From: Candidatus Nealsonbacteria bacterium DGGOD1a
GTDB taxonomy: Bacteria > Patescibacteriota > Minisyncoccia > Minisyncoccales > UBA5738
Reading direction: 5' to 3'
DNA: 64,000 nt
Assembly (NCBI GenBank): GCA_022530585.1
Contig: CP092821.1
Span: forward strand, 649,525-713,524
In this document: positions 19,950 through 28,461 of the stretch, one piece after another
Layout: every line of letters starts with the position of its first letter
How positions within the stretch are numbered: the first letter of the stretch is position 1
Position numbers and translations under genes: made by a program
Notes under the pieces: model-generated
Seen by the model: only the letters and a program-made list of their open reading frames with translations
The model's database searches: none
What the model was told of the DNA's origin: nothing

Positions 19950-21266
19950 TCATTTTTTAAAATTTTTTGTCAGTTTTTTCGACAGCTCATAAATGTCGCC
20001 CGCGCCCATCACCAAAACTATTTCGCCGCCTTTGATTTCTTTTTTCAATCTTTCAAAAATCTCTTTTGAGGATATATATTCCGCCCGGCCGCCGACGGCT
20101 CTTGCCAGTTTTTGGCTGCTGACTTTTTTTTGGATCGCGGCCGATTCGCGGCCCGCGACTTGATAAATATCCGTAATCAAAACTTCATCGAGCGGATTTT
20201 TTTTAAAAACATCGACGAATTCGCCAAAAAGCAAATGCGTGCGCCATGCCTGATGCGGCTGGAAAACGCAGACGATTTTCTTCTTGGGCCATTTGGCGCG
20301 CGCCGCGGCCATTGTCATCTTAATTTGCGTGGGGTGATGGCCGTAATCGGAAACCACGGTGATTCGTTTGCCCGCGACCATTCCCGGCTCCCGATCAAAC
20401 CGCCTCCAAGAACCTTTGTATTTCGCCAAAGAATGGAATATTTTTTTATCGGAAATTTTCAACAATCGCCCCACCGCCAGCGCGGCCAATCCGTTTTCGA
20501 CATTGTGTTCGCCGGGAATTTTCAAAAACGAGCGCAATTTTTTTGATTCCGATTGCGCCAATGAATATTTCTTGATTCCCATTCTATCCGGCTCGATCCG
20601 GCCAAGAATCTCGGAAACATTGGCATCGTCGCCGCAAGCCACCAGCGTTCCCGTTTTTGGCAAATGGCGCGCGAATTTTTCAAACGCCGCCATCAATTCA
20701 GTTTCGCTTTTGTAGCATTCCATATGATCCATTTCAATATTGGTTATCACGATAATTTCAGGCCAATAATTCAAAAACGACCCATCATATTCGCAGGCCT
20801 CAATCACCAAATATTTTGATTTTCCCAAACGAAAATTCGAGTCGCCGAACTCTTTGACTTTGGTGCCCACGATAACCGTGGGATCAAGCCGCGCCGCAAT
20901 CATCATCAAACCGATAATCGCCGTGGTCGTGCTCTTGCCGTGCGCGCCCGCCACCGCGATCGTTTTATAAAGCTTGGTCAGTTCGCCCAAGGCCTGCGGA
21001 TAACTTATTGTTTTTATTCCCAACCGCCTCGCTTCCTTCAACTCCGGATTCGTGTCTTTCACCGCCGGACTGTAAATCACCGCGTCCGGCATCAACAATT
21101 TTAAACTTTTTTCGCCGGCGTAAATTCGCGCGCCCAGCTTTTTTAATGCCGCGGTGATATCCGAAGATGTTAAATCCGAACCGGAAACCCGCCAGCCCTG
21201 CGCCAAATAATAACGCGCCAACGCGGAAACTCCGATGCCGCCGATACCGACAAAATGCACTTTCAT
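19950..21266 (-). CDS. murC: UDP-MurNAc:L-alanine ligase MurC
   Basis: MKVHFVGIGGIGVSALARYY and the GAHGKSTTTA P-loop. Start set at ATG 21266; the track ORF extends to 21338 into a repeat. Confidence 0.93.
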   Translation of the reverse strand: MKVHFVGIGGIGVSALARYYLAQGWRVSGSDLTSSDITAALKKLGARIYAGEKSLKLLMPDAVIYSPAVKDTNPELKEARRLGIKTISYPQALGELTKLYKTIAVAGAHGKSTTTAIIGLMMIAARLDPTVIVGTKVKEFGDSNFRLGKSKYLVIEACEYDGSFLNYWPEIIVITNIEMDHMECYKSETELMAAFEKFARHLPKTGTLVACGDDANVSEILGRIEPDRMGIKKYSLAQSESKKLRSFLKIPGEHNVENGLAALAVGRLLKISDKKIFHSLAKYKGSWRRFDREPGMVAGKRITVVSDYGHHPTQIKMTMAAARAKWPKKKIVCVFQPHQAWRTHLLFGEFVDVFKKNPLDEVLITDIYQVAGRESAAIQKKVSSQKLARAVGGRAEYISSKEIFERLKKEIKGGEIVLVMGAGDIYELSKKLTKNFKK

Positions 21267-21290
21267 AAAAATTTTAAATAAAAATATCAA

Positions 21291-21410
21291 AAATAAATTG
21301 GGTTCTTGCGTCGGGGTATTAACCCCGCCATCAGCCAAAGGATGTTTCCTTTGGACTCCTCATTCTTTTTGTTCCCCGCGGCGAGCTGGCGGGGTATAAA
21401 AAGAATAAAA
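21291..21410. repeat. Family A modular GC-hairpin repeat, copy 1 (left and right modules)
   Basis: AAATTGGGTTCTTGCGTCGGGGTATTAACCCCGCC ... ATTCTTTTTGTTCCCCGC-GGCGAGCTG-GCGGGGTATAAAAAGAAT. Recurs at 22680, 32165 and 43601. Confidence 0.8.
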
Positions 21411-21411
21411 A

Positions 21412-21494
21412 TAACAATTGAAAAATATAAAATTAAAATTTCTTATGGAATTTTTTCTTAATTTTACATTTTGATTTTTAAATTTTAATTTTCT
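21412..21494. repeat. Family C AT-rich palindromic element, degenerate copy
   Basis: The right arm TTACATTTTGATTTTTAAATTTTAATTTT matches the arms at 26930, 47080, 47670 and 58680. Confidence 0.55.
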
Positions 21495-22082
21495 TTAATC
21501 TCCCAATTTTAAACTTTCCAAAATCGTGTACGCCGGGCCGCCTTTCTTTAATTGGCTTTCCATGACCTCGATGGATTCAACCATAAATGTCCGGCTGATT
21601 TTTTCGTTTATTTCCGGTATCTCTTCCGGTTCCATTTGCGCCAATCCGGCGAGCTGCAACCGCGCCAGAGTGATATGCGGCGCGAAACTGTAAATTTCGC
21701 TCTCGCGATACTCGCCGCCGCAAAATTCATAAAGCGAAGTTTCCAAATCTTTTTGCAACGCGCCCAATTCCGGCGAACTGTTCCCAACCGCCCATATCAT
21801 TTTAGGCGGTTTTTTGGACAAATTCCCCACCGGGCCATACGCCACTTTATCAATGGTCAGATCAAACGGTTCATGGCGCATGGCGATTTCCGCCGCGTTT
21901 TTGCATATCTCGCAAACTTCTTCATCGTTGGCGTTGCCTAAAAAATTCAAAGTTATATGCAAACTTTCCATTTTGGTCCAGCGCGCCGGCAATTCGGGCC
22001 AGCGATCCTGAAACAAACCCAATTCATTGCGCAATTTATCCGGCAAATTGATTGCGATAAATATCCGATGCAAATTATTCAT
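21495..22082 (-). CDS. thpR: RNA 2',3'-cyclic phosphodiesterase / 2'-5' RNA ligase family (ThpR/LigT)
   Basis: Two HxT motifs (LHITLNFLG and PHITLARL). Length 195 aa. Confidence 0.85.
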   Translation of the reverse strand: MNNLHRIFIAINLPDKLRNELGLFQDRWPELPARWTKMESLHITLNFLGNANDEEVCEICKNAAEIAMRHEPFDLTIDKVAYGPVGNLSKKPPKMIWAVGNSSPELGALQKDLETSLYEFCGGEYRESEIYSFAPHITLARLQLAGLAQMEPEEIPEINEKISRTFMVESIEVMESQLKKGGPAYTILESLKLGD

Positions 22083-22247
22083 GGCTGATCAGTAATCTTT
22101 GTATTAAATTTAAACCAATTTTACAAAAAATGAAAGCTCTTCGGTTTTATGTTAGAATTTAAAAAGAATGGCTTATCGGACGGCTGCACAAAAACAACAA
22201 TACGAATTGAATCAAAAATATATTTTTCAAATGTATTTCGTCGTGCG

Positions 22248-22348
22248 GGGTATGAACCCCGCACGACGACCAAAGGGGGCGCCCCTTTGCAAGAGTACTT
22301 GCGGATTACCTTTGGAATCCTCTTGGTGCACCCCGGGGCAAAGCCCCG
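22248..22348. repeat. Cluster of perfect GC-rich hairpins (divergent family A relative)
   Basis: Three hairpins. 22248-22279: 14-bp stem TCGTCGTGCGGGGT/ACCCCGCACGACGA, loop ATGA. 22281-22299: 8-bp stem CAAAGGGG/CCCCTTTG. 22334-22348: CGGGGC/GCCCCG. Confidence 0.7.
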
Positions 22349-22369
22349 AGTTATTGCACTCAATAAAAA

Positions 22370-22528
22370 GGTCTGTTGTCGAATTAGCTTCAACCGCAAT
22401 TTCCATTTTTCGGTTGCAAAGAATTCATCATTCGTCGCCAGATTTAGCTTAAATATGCCTCCTCATTCTTCATTCTTTTCGCTCGAAAACCGAAAATTTC
22501 GTTCTGAAGCCAATTCGGAGACAGACCC
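22370..22528. mobile_element. Family B MITE, copy a (159 bp)
   Basis: Near-identical to 57206-57365. Termini GGTCTGTTGTCGAATTAGCTTCA / TGAAGCCAATTCGGAGACAGACCC, flanked by TAAAAA on both sides. Confidence 0.8.
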
Positions 22529-22679
22529 TAAAAAATACCGTCAAATTATCAAATATCATTTAATTTGTACCTCTCATATATATGCGAATAGTATTCGTAT
22601 CATACGAACGCCGCTAAAATTGACAAAAACCCGGTCGAAGGGTAAACATATTATCGTATCAATAAAAAAATACATTGAT

Positions 22680-22782
22680 GTCGGGGTATTAATCCCGCCG
22701 TCAACCAAAGGATGTTTCCTTTGGACTCCTCATTCTTTTTGTTCCCCGCGGCGAGCTGGCGGGGTATAAAAAGAATAAAAAT
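22680..22782. repeat. Family A repeat, copy 2 (lacks the leftmost 15 nt)
   Basis: GTCGGGGTATTAATCCCGCC ... GCGGGGTATAAAAAGAATAAAAAT, ending directly at the ATG of the next CDS. Confidence 0.8.
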
Positions 22783-23088
22783 ATGAAAATAATCGTTAAC
22801 GGACCATTCAAAAATAATATAAACAACATAATGCGCGATTTGGGATACCATTTCCAAGGCGAAGACCCTACCGCCAAAGAACTGGGGTTCACCCGGCCGA
22901 GAATCGGTTACCCGCGGCTCCACTTGTTCATAAAACCGGACAAGGAAAGCGTTGCGTTGAGCCTTCATCTTGACCAGAAAAAACCGGTTTATCAAGGATC
23001 GGTGGCGCATTCCGGTGAATATGACGGGCCGGTGGTGGAACGCGAAATGGCGCGCATCGAAAAATACTTGGAAAGCTGCAAACGCTAA
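22783..23088 (+). CDS. Hypothetical protein (101 aa)
   Basis: ORF track. First gene of a co-directional trio with tsaC and the GAF-ANTAR gene. No motif recognised. Confidence 0.5.
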   Translation: MKIIVNGPFKNNINNIMRDLGYHFQGEDPTAKELGFTRPRIGYPRLHLFIKPDKESVALSLHLDQKKPVYQGSVAHSGEYDGPVVEREMARIEKYLESCKR

Positions 23089-23098
23089 TTGATCCCAT

Positions 23099-23689
23099 AT
23101 GGAAATAATCTCGCTGACGCCGAATAATTTTCAAATCGCGGTGGAAACCGCGAATCGACTGATCCAAAAAGGAGGAGTCGTTGTCGTGCCCACCGATACG
23201 GTCTACGGTCTGCTGGCGAACGCCGCGAACGAAAACGCGGTAAAAAAAATTTACGCGATCAAAGACCGCCCTCAAGGAAAACCATTACCGGTTTTTGTGA
23301 AAAATATGGCAATGGCAAAAAAATTAGCAAAAATATCGGCAAAACAGCAAGAGTTTTTGGAAACCAAATGGCCGGGGAAATTCACCGCGATATTGTTTCG
23401 AAAACCGGACGCGAAGATTTTTGGCGCCGACGACAAGACTATCGCGCTGCGCATACCATTTTACGCATTCGCAAATTCTTTGCTGGAAACCGCCAACCAA
23501 CCGTTGGCGGCCACATCGGCGAATCTTTCCGGACTGCCCGCGGCCACGAAAATCGATGAAGTTCTAAACCAGCTTGCCCGCGCGGCCATTATGCCTGATT
23601 TGGTCATCAATGCCGGCGATCTTGATGATTCAAAACCGTCGATCATCGCCGACTTGACTCAACGCGCAATCAAAACAGTGCGCGAATGA
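23099..23689 (+). CDS. tsaC: L-threonylcarbamoyladenylate synthase (YrdC/TsaC family)
   Basis: VVVPTDTVYGLLANA and ATSANLSG motifs. Length 196 aa. Confidence 0.9.
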   Translation: MEIISLTPNNFQIAVETANRLIQKGGVVVVPTDTVYGLLANAANENAVKKIYAIKDRPQGKPLPVFVKNMAMAKKLAKISAKQQEFLETKWPGKFTAILFRKPDAKIFGADDKTIALRIPFYAFANSLLETANQPLAATSANLSGLPAATKIDEVLNQLARAAIMPDLVINAGDLDDSKPSIIADLTQRAIKTVRE

Positions 23690-24399
23690 AACATATGGAG
23701 AAAAGACCTGCAATCAAAAAAAATCAAGAATTGAAAATACTCCGGGAAATCATTGAAACAATCAGTTACAATCTTGATCTGAAGGAAGTTTTGAACCGCA
23801 TCGTAAAAATCGTGAGCGGCGTGACTAAAGCCGATTCTTGTTTTTTGTACCTGATCGATGGCGGCGATCTGGTTTTGCGCGCGTCCCTCAACCCCAAACC
23901 GCTGGAAATCGGCAGCATCAAACTGAAACTCAACGAAGGCATAACCGGCTGGGTGGCGCGCAACAAACTCACCGTCGCGATCGCAAAAGAAGCTTACAAT
24001 GACCAACGATTTAAATTCGTCAACAGCCTGCCCGAAGACAGATTCGAGGGATTCCTGTCGGTACCGATAATTTACCGCGACAAAGTTTTGGGCGTGATCA
24101 ATGTCCAGCATTCCAAACCGCGCGCCTATTCAAAAACCGAGACGGTCTTATTCGAATTGGTGGCCAAAGCCGTTGGGGGCGCGATTGAAAATGCCCTGCT
24201 CTTTTCGGAAAAAGAAGCGTTAAAGGAAGCGCTGGAAACCCGCAAAGTGATCGAAAAGGCCAAAGGAATCCTGATGAAAGAGTTTTCCATCACCGAAAAC
24301 GACGCCTATAAATTACTGCATAAAAAATCAATGGATAAACGCCTGTCAATGAAAGAAATCTCAAACGCGATTATTATTTCCGCTGAATTTAAAAAATAA
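23686..24399 (+). CDS. GAF-ANTAR RNA-binding antiterminator-type regulator
   Basis: N-terminal GAF-like fold (ADSCFLYL...EGITGWVA...LSVPII..VLGVINV) and C-terminal ANTAR signature LETRKVIEKAKGILMKEFSITENDAYKLLHKKSMDKRLSMKEIS. ATGA overlap with tsaC. Confidence 0.85.
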   Translation: MKHMEKRPAIKKNQELKILREIIETISYNLDLKEVLNRIVKIVSGVTKADSCFLYLIDGGDLVLRASLNPKPLEIGSIKLKLNEGITGWVARNKLTVAIAKEAYNDQRFKFVNSLPEDRFEGFLSVPIIYRDKVLGVINVQHSKPRAYSKTETVLFELVAKAVGGAIENALLFSEKEALKEALETRKVIEKAKGILMKEFSITENDAYKLLHKKSMDKRLSMKEISNAIIISAEFKK

Positions 24400-24414
24400 T
24401 TTTCCAAACAAAAA

Positions 24415-24434
24415 ACCGCGGCGGCGGTTTTTTT
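24415..24434. terminator. Bidirectional intrinsic terminator
   Basis: ACCGC-GGC-GCGGT stem flanked by an A-run and a T-run, between convergent genes. Confidence 0.7.
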
Positions 24435-24449
24435 GTTTGTCGCGAATCT

Positions 24450-26642
24450 CTAAAAATTGAATTCTTTCACCTTTTCCCAAGTGTTTTCGTCGAGTACCGC
24501 GATCTTGTTGCCGCCGATCATATAAAGATAATCATTGATGTAGATCGCCCGATTGGGATTGATACCGCTTACCGCCTTAAGCAAGGAAAGTTTATCGTTC
24601 AGATATGAGAATACATAACCGCCGTTGCTTCCCGGCATAAAAAATATGCCGTGTTTGCCGTCCATCAAAAACGCATGATGGTTGCTAACGGCCTCCGACC
24701 AATATTCTTTAAGCGAATATTTATCCATTTCCGCGGGATGGGCCGGATCGCTGACATTAAAATAAGAAATTTTAACATTGGAATCTTCCATGCCAATGCC
24801 GATAATTCTGTCTTTATTCACCGGGTGCAAATATCCCGAATATCCGGGAATCTTGAGCTCTCCGGCAAGTTTGGGATTTTTCGGGTCCTTTAAATCAATA
24901 ACATAAAACGGATCGGTTTGGCGGAAAGTGACAATGTAACCCTTGTCTTCAATGAACCGGGCCGAATATATCTTTTCCGTCTTGCCCAGATCAAGCGCCG
25001 AACCGCTGATTTTCATTTCCGGGTCAAGGACATAGACATCATTGGCGGTTTCGCTGCGCATAAACCATGAGCTGCCGACCGTGGTGGCTATCCTCAAGTT
25101 ACCATTATATTCGTCAAGAGAAAACTGGTTTAACGGCTGACCCGGAACCGATCCGGCGGCATAAAATTTCAAATCCCCCAAACCGATCTTGGCGACAACC
25201 GTTTTGTCAAAATTCCTTAAGCGCGTTTTGCGATATTCCGCCAGACGGTTTTGCATTTCATTTTCGAACCTCAAGCGATTGTCGGAGCTCAATCCGTTTT
25301 CGTAATTATTCAAGATCGTGTCCAACTCAACCATTTTGGCCGATGAACCGATATCGTAACTTTCAAGTTTTACGATTTGATCGACCAACGAAGCGCTCAC
25401 CAAATCCTTCATGTTTTCCTTGATCAAACCCGCATGGATATCAAACTCGCTTTCATAGGCCGGATATGTAATGAAAAGATTCTCCGGCGACATATAAATA
25501 ACCGACGAATCGCCCAAACCGGCAAACGAAGTTTTTTGCTCCACCGCGCCATTCGCCGCGTTAATGACAAAAACGCTAAAAATGGCATTGGTCGGAAGAA
25601 CCCGCTCCGGATGGTAAATTGAATCGCAAGCAATCGAAACCCCAACACCGCCGATCGTCAACGGCCTTATCGGACAAATATCGGTTGTGCCGATAGTGGT
25701 TTTCGCCACCATATAAATCTTGCCGTTGCGCAACCGCGAACCGATGATTGAAGCATTGCCTTCGGGTTTTATGTTCCATGTTTCAATTGGATTCTCCGGA
25801 TCCGCGACATTATAACCGGTTACCCCGCCGTCACCGAAAACCGCCAAAACATTGTTGAATAATAACAAATCGCCGGATTTCTTAATGTTTGCGTCAACCG
25901 CCATATCATTCAGCGGCAGGGCTTTTATGGCTTTGGTGTTTGCCGACTGGCAATCATAACAGCGCGAAACATTGTCGGTTGCGGAAATCCCGCCGCCCGC
26001 GCCCCACCAATAAATCGGGCTCGACCCGGAATAATAAATCTCTTTACCGTCTGTTTTTACGATATCCGGTTCATCGATTCCCGCCACTTGCACATTGGTG
26101 GCTGACGCGCGATCTGTCAAAACGGCTCCGGCGGCGGTTGGAGCGGAAATACTTTTCGCACTACCCCCGGCATTCGACCCCAAACCGTCCATCGCAGTCG
26201 CCATCCCCGATCCGCCGCCCAAGGAATTCCGGCTGTGGTTGTCGCTTGTTTCTTGGATTGCTTTTTGAAAATAAATCTTGAAATCCGCGGCGGCGACAAA
26301 TGTTTTAAAGCCTTCCGAACCGGTGCCGACGGGCGCCGAATTATTTCGGAGATTGGCGATTCCCTGCGGCCCGACTTTCAAGCCGTTCCAACCGCCATAC
26401 CACGAAGAATAAAATGCCTTTACGGCACCGATTGTCTGCGCGCCGTAATACCCGGTGGCTCCGGCCGGAATACCAAATCCCGCATCGATCAAACACGATT
26501 GCAAATTAACCACCGCGTCGCTTTTTTGATAAGCCGCGACCGCCTCCAGCTTGGAAGGATCGCATCCTGCCGCGCCGGCCAAAGCAAATCCCATGAACGC
26601 GATCGTTAAAGACAGCGCGAAAACAATTGGCAATTTATTCAT
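24450..26642 (-). CDS. Secreted beta-propeller domain protein (COG4880-like) with an N-terminal peptidoglycan-binding-like domain
   Basis: Signal peptide and a PG_binding_1-like segment (VVNLQSCLIDAGFGIPAGATGYYGAQTIGAVKAF). The C-terminus resembles the Beta_propel family (YVFSY...AVLD). Confidence 0.75.
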   Translation of the reverse strand: MNKLPIVFALSLTIAFMGFALAGAAGCDPSKLEAVAAYQKSDAVVNLQSCLIDAGFGIPAGATGYYGAQTIGAVKAFYSSWYGGWNGLKVGPQGIANLRNNSAPVGTGSEGFKTFVAAADFKIYFQKAIQETSDNHSRNSLGGGSGMATAMDGLGSNAGGSAKSISAPTAAGAVLTDRASATNVQVAGIDEPDIVKTDGKEIYYSGSSPIYWWGAGGGISATDNVSRCYDCQSANTKAIKALPLNDMAVDANIKKSGDLLLFNNVLAVFGDGGVTGYNVADPENPIETWNIKPEGNASIIGSRLRNGKIYMVAKTTIGTTDICPIRPLTIGGVGVSIACDSIYHPERVLPTNAIFSVFVINAANGAVEQKTSFAGLGDSSVIYMSPENLFITYPAYESEFDIHAGLIKENMKDLVSASLVDQIVKLESYDIGSSAKMVELDTILNNYENGLSSDNRLRFENEMQNRLAEYRKTRLRNFDKTVVAKIGLGDLKFYAAGSVPGQPLNQFSLDEYNGNLRIATTVGSSWFMRSETANDVYVLDPEMKISGSALDLGKTEKIYSARFIEDKGYIVTFRQTDPFYVIDLKDPKNPKLAGELKIPGYSGYLHPVNKDRIIGIGMEDSNVKISYFNVSDPAHPAEMDKYSLKEYWSEAVSNHHAFLMDGKHGIFFMPGSNGGYVFSYLNDKLSLLKAVSGINPNRAIYINDYLYMIGGNKIAVLDENTWEKVKEFNF

Positions 26643-26739
26643 TTTTTTGTTTTATTTTAATTATTTATTTGTCTGTTTATCAAATTATAACATCTTGGGC
26701 CTTAGGAAGAAATAACTTATTACACGAAAGAATTATGCT

Positions 26740-26768
26740 TTGACTTATTTGATTAAATGCGGTAAATT
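26740..26768 (+). promoter_or_regulatory. Candidate sigma70-type promoter of glnA
   Basis: TTGACT (26740-26745), 17-nt spacer, TAAATT (26763-26768). Confidence 0.55.
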
Positions 26769-26777
26769 ATTAACATT

Positions 26778-26839
26778 AAGCACAACGAAGTGCTTTCAAA
26801 CAAGACAATGGCGTCTCCGAACCGAATTCGGGGATTTTT
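26778..26839 (+). promoter_or_regulatory. Candidate ANTAR-responsive leader: P1 and P2 hexaloop hairpins plus an overlapping intrinsic terminator
   Basis: P1 at 26778-26795: AAGCAC[AACGAA]GTGCTT. P2 at 26803-26816: AGAC[AATGGC]GTCT. Terminator at 26814-26834: TCTCCGAA[CCGAA]TTCGGGGA followed by TTTTT. Confidence 0.55.
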
Positions 26840-26844
26840 GTTAA

Positions 26845-26960
26845 ATTAAAATATAAAAATCAAAGATCAAAATGACAATGCAAAATTTAAAAATTTATAA
26901 ATTATAAAATTTTGAATTTTTAATTGTATTTTTTCATTTTGATTTTTAAATTTTTAATTT
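26845..26960. repeat. Family C AT-rich palindromic element, copy immediately upstream of the glnA ATG
   Basis: AAAAATCAAAGATCAAAATGACAATGCAAAA ... TTTTTCATTTTGATTTTTAAATTTTTAATTT. Confidence 0.7.
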
Positions 26961-26965
26961 GGAAT

Positions 26966-28399
26966 ATGGAAGCAAAAGAAATAGTTGAGTTATGCGAAAA
27001 AGCCGGCGCCAAAATGATTGATTTGAAGTTTTGCGATCTTCCCGGCGCGTGGCAGCATTTTACGGTGCCGCTGGACCAATTCAACGAGAAGGTTTTTTCC
27101 GAAGGCATCGGTTTTGACGGATCGTCGATCCGCGGTTTCAAGAACATCGAAGAAAGCGATATGGTACTCGCGCCTGACGCCAAATCATTCGTTATCGATA
27201 TGTTTGCCAAAGAACCGGTCGGCAGTTTGATTTGCGATGTTTACGAGCCCCCCGTTTCCGCCAAGGAATCCGGCGGAACGAAAGATCGCAAAACCCGATT
27301 CGGCAACGACCCGCGCGCGATCGCGCAACAAGCCCAAGAGTACTTAAAAAAAACCGGCGTTGCCGACACCGCCTATTATGGCCCGGAAGCGGAATTTTTT
27401 ATTTTCGACCGCGTTGAATTTGCCAACGGCCAAAATCACGCTTTTCACCGGATCGAATCCGGTGAAGCCAACTGGAGCGATAATGGCGAAGACAACGGTT
27501 CGGGGTATAAAATTCGTAACAAAGAAGGTTATTTTCCGATGCCGCCAACCGATCAAACCGCGGATATCCGCCGCGACATGGTGGCGGAGCTGAAACGCCT
27601 GGGCATTGAAGTCGAAAAAGAACACCATGAAGTCGCCACCGCGGGGCAAGCTGAAATCGATATAAAATACGACTCCTTGCTGTCGCAAGCCGATAAAATA
27701 ATGATGTTCAAATACGCGGTAAAAAATGTCGCCCGGCGCGCCGGCAAAACCGCCACATTTATGCCCAAGCCCTTGTTTGGCGACAATGGTTCGGGAATGC
27801 ATACTCATATTTCTCTATGGAAAGATTCTGAAGCCTTATTCTTTGACGCCAACGGCTATGCCGGCTTGAGCCAAACCGCGCTATGGTTTATCGGCGGATT
27901 GTTAGCGCACGGAAGATCGCTGATGGCGTTTTGCGCGCCCTCGACCAATTCCTATAAACGGCTCGTACCCGGATTTGAAGCGCCCACAAACTTGGCATAT
28001 TCGGCCCGCAATCGTTCCGCGGCCATCCGCATCCCGATGTACAGCGGCGCGCCCGCCTCAAAACGCATCGAATTTCGGCCGGCCGACGCTTCCTGCAATC
28101 CTTATCTGGCATTTTCGGCCATGCTAATGGCCGGCTTGGACGGTATTGCCAATAAAGTTGATCCGGGCAAACCCGCCAACGGCAATATATATAAAAACCG
28201 CGATTCAATTTCGCAAGTTCCCGCATCGCTGGAAGAAAGCTTGGCGGCATTGGAAAAAGACCGCGAATATCTATTCGCCGGTAATGTTTTTTCAAAAACC
28301 ATTGTTGAAAGTTGGATCAGCCACAAAAAAACCGCCGAATATGATATTGTGCGCACCCGGCCGACTCCGATTGAATTTGAACTTTATTACGACATCTAA
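26966..28399 (+). CDS. glnA: Glutamine synthetase type I
   Basis: FDGSSIRGF, KPLFGDNGSGMHTHISLW and NSYKRLVPGFEAP motifs. Start set at ATG 26966 (MEAKEIVELCEKAG); the track ORF starts at 26924 inside the AT-rich repeat. Confidence 0.95.
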   Translation: MEAKEIVELCEKAGAKMIDLKFCDLPGAWQHFTVPLDQFNEKVFSEGIGFDGSSIRGFKNIEESDMVLAPDAKSFVIDMFAKEPVGSLICDVYEPPVSAKESGGTKDRKTRFGNDPRAIAQQAQEYLKKTGVADTAYYGPEAEFFIFDRVEFANGQNHAFHRIESGEANWSDNGEDNGSGYKIRNKEGYFPMPPTDQTADIRRDMVAELKRLGIEVEKEHHEVATAGQAEIDIKYDSLLSQADKIMMFKYAVKNVARRAGKTATFMPKPLFGDNGSGMHTHISLWKDSEALFFDANGYAGLSQTALWFIGGLLAHGRSLMAFCAPSTNSYKRLVPGFEAPTNLAYSARNRSAAIRIPMYSGAPASKRIEFRPADASCNPYLAFSAMLMAGLDGIANKVDPGKPANGNIYKNRDSISQVPASLEESLAALEKDREYLFAGNVFSKTIVESWISHKKTAEYDIVRTRPTPIEFELYYDI

Positions 28400-28422
28400 A
28401 AAAACCGGATAAAAACAAAAAA

Positions 28423-28442
28423 ACGGCAAACTGCCGTTTTTT
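28423..28442. terminator. Intrinsic terminator after glnA (bidirectional context)
   Basis: ACGGCA-AAC-TGCCGT followed by TTTTT, with an A-run upstream. Confidence 0.75.
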
Positions 28443-28461
28443 GTTTGATGCGGCCGCGCGG

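Noticed and set aside
22149-22769. 206-aa plus-strand ORF in the thpR-tsaC spacer
   Set aside because: It reads straight through hairpin repeats, a MITE and a family A repeat. It has no motif and its start context is implausible.
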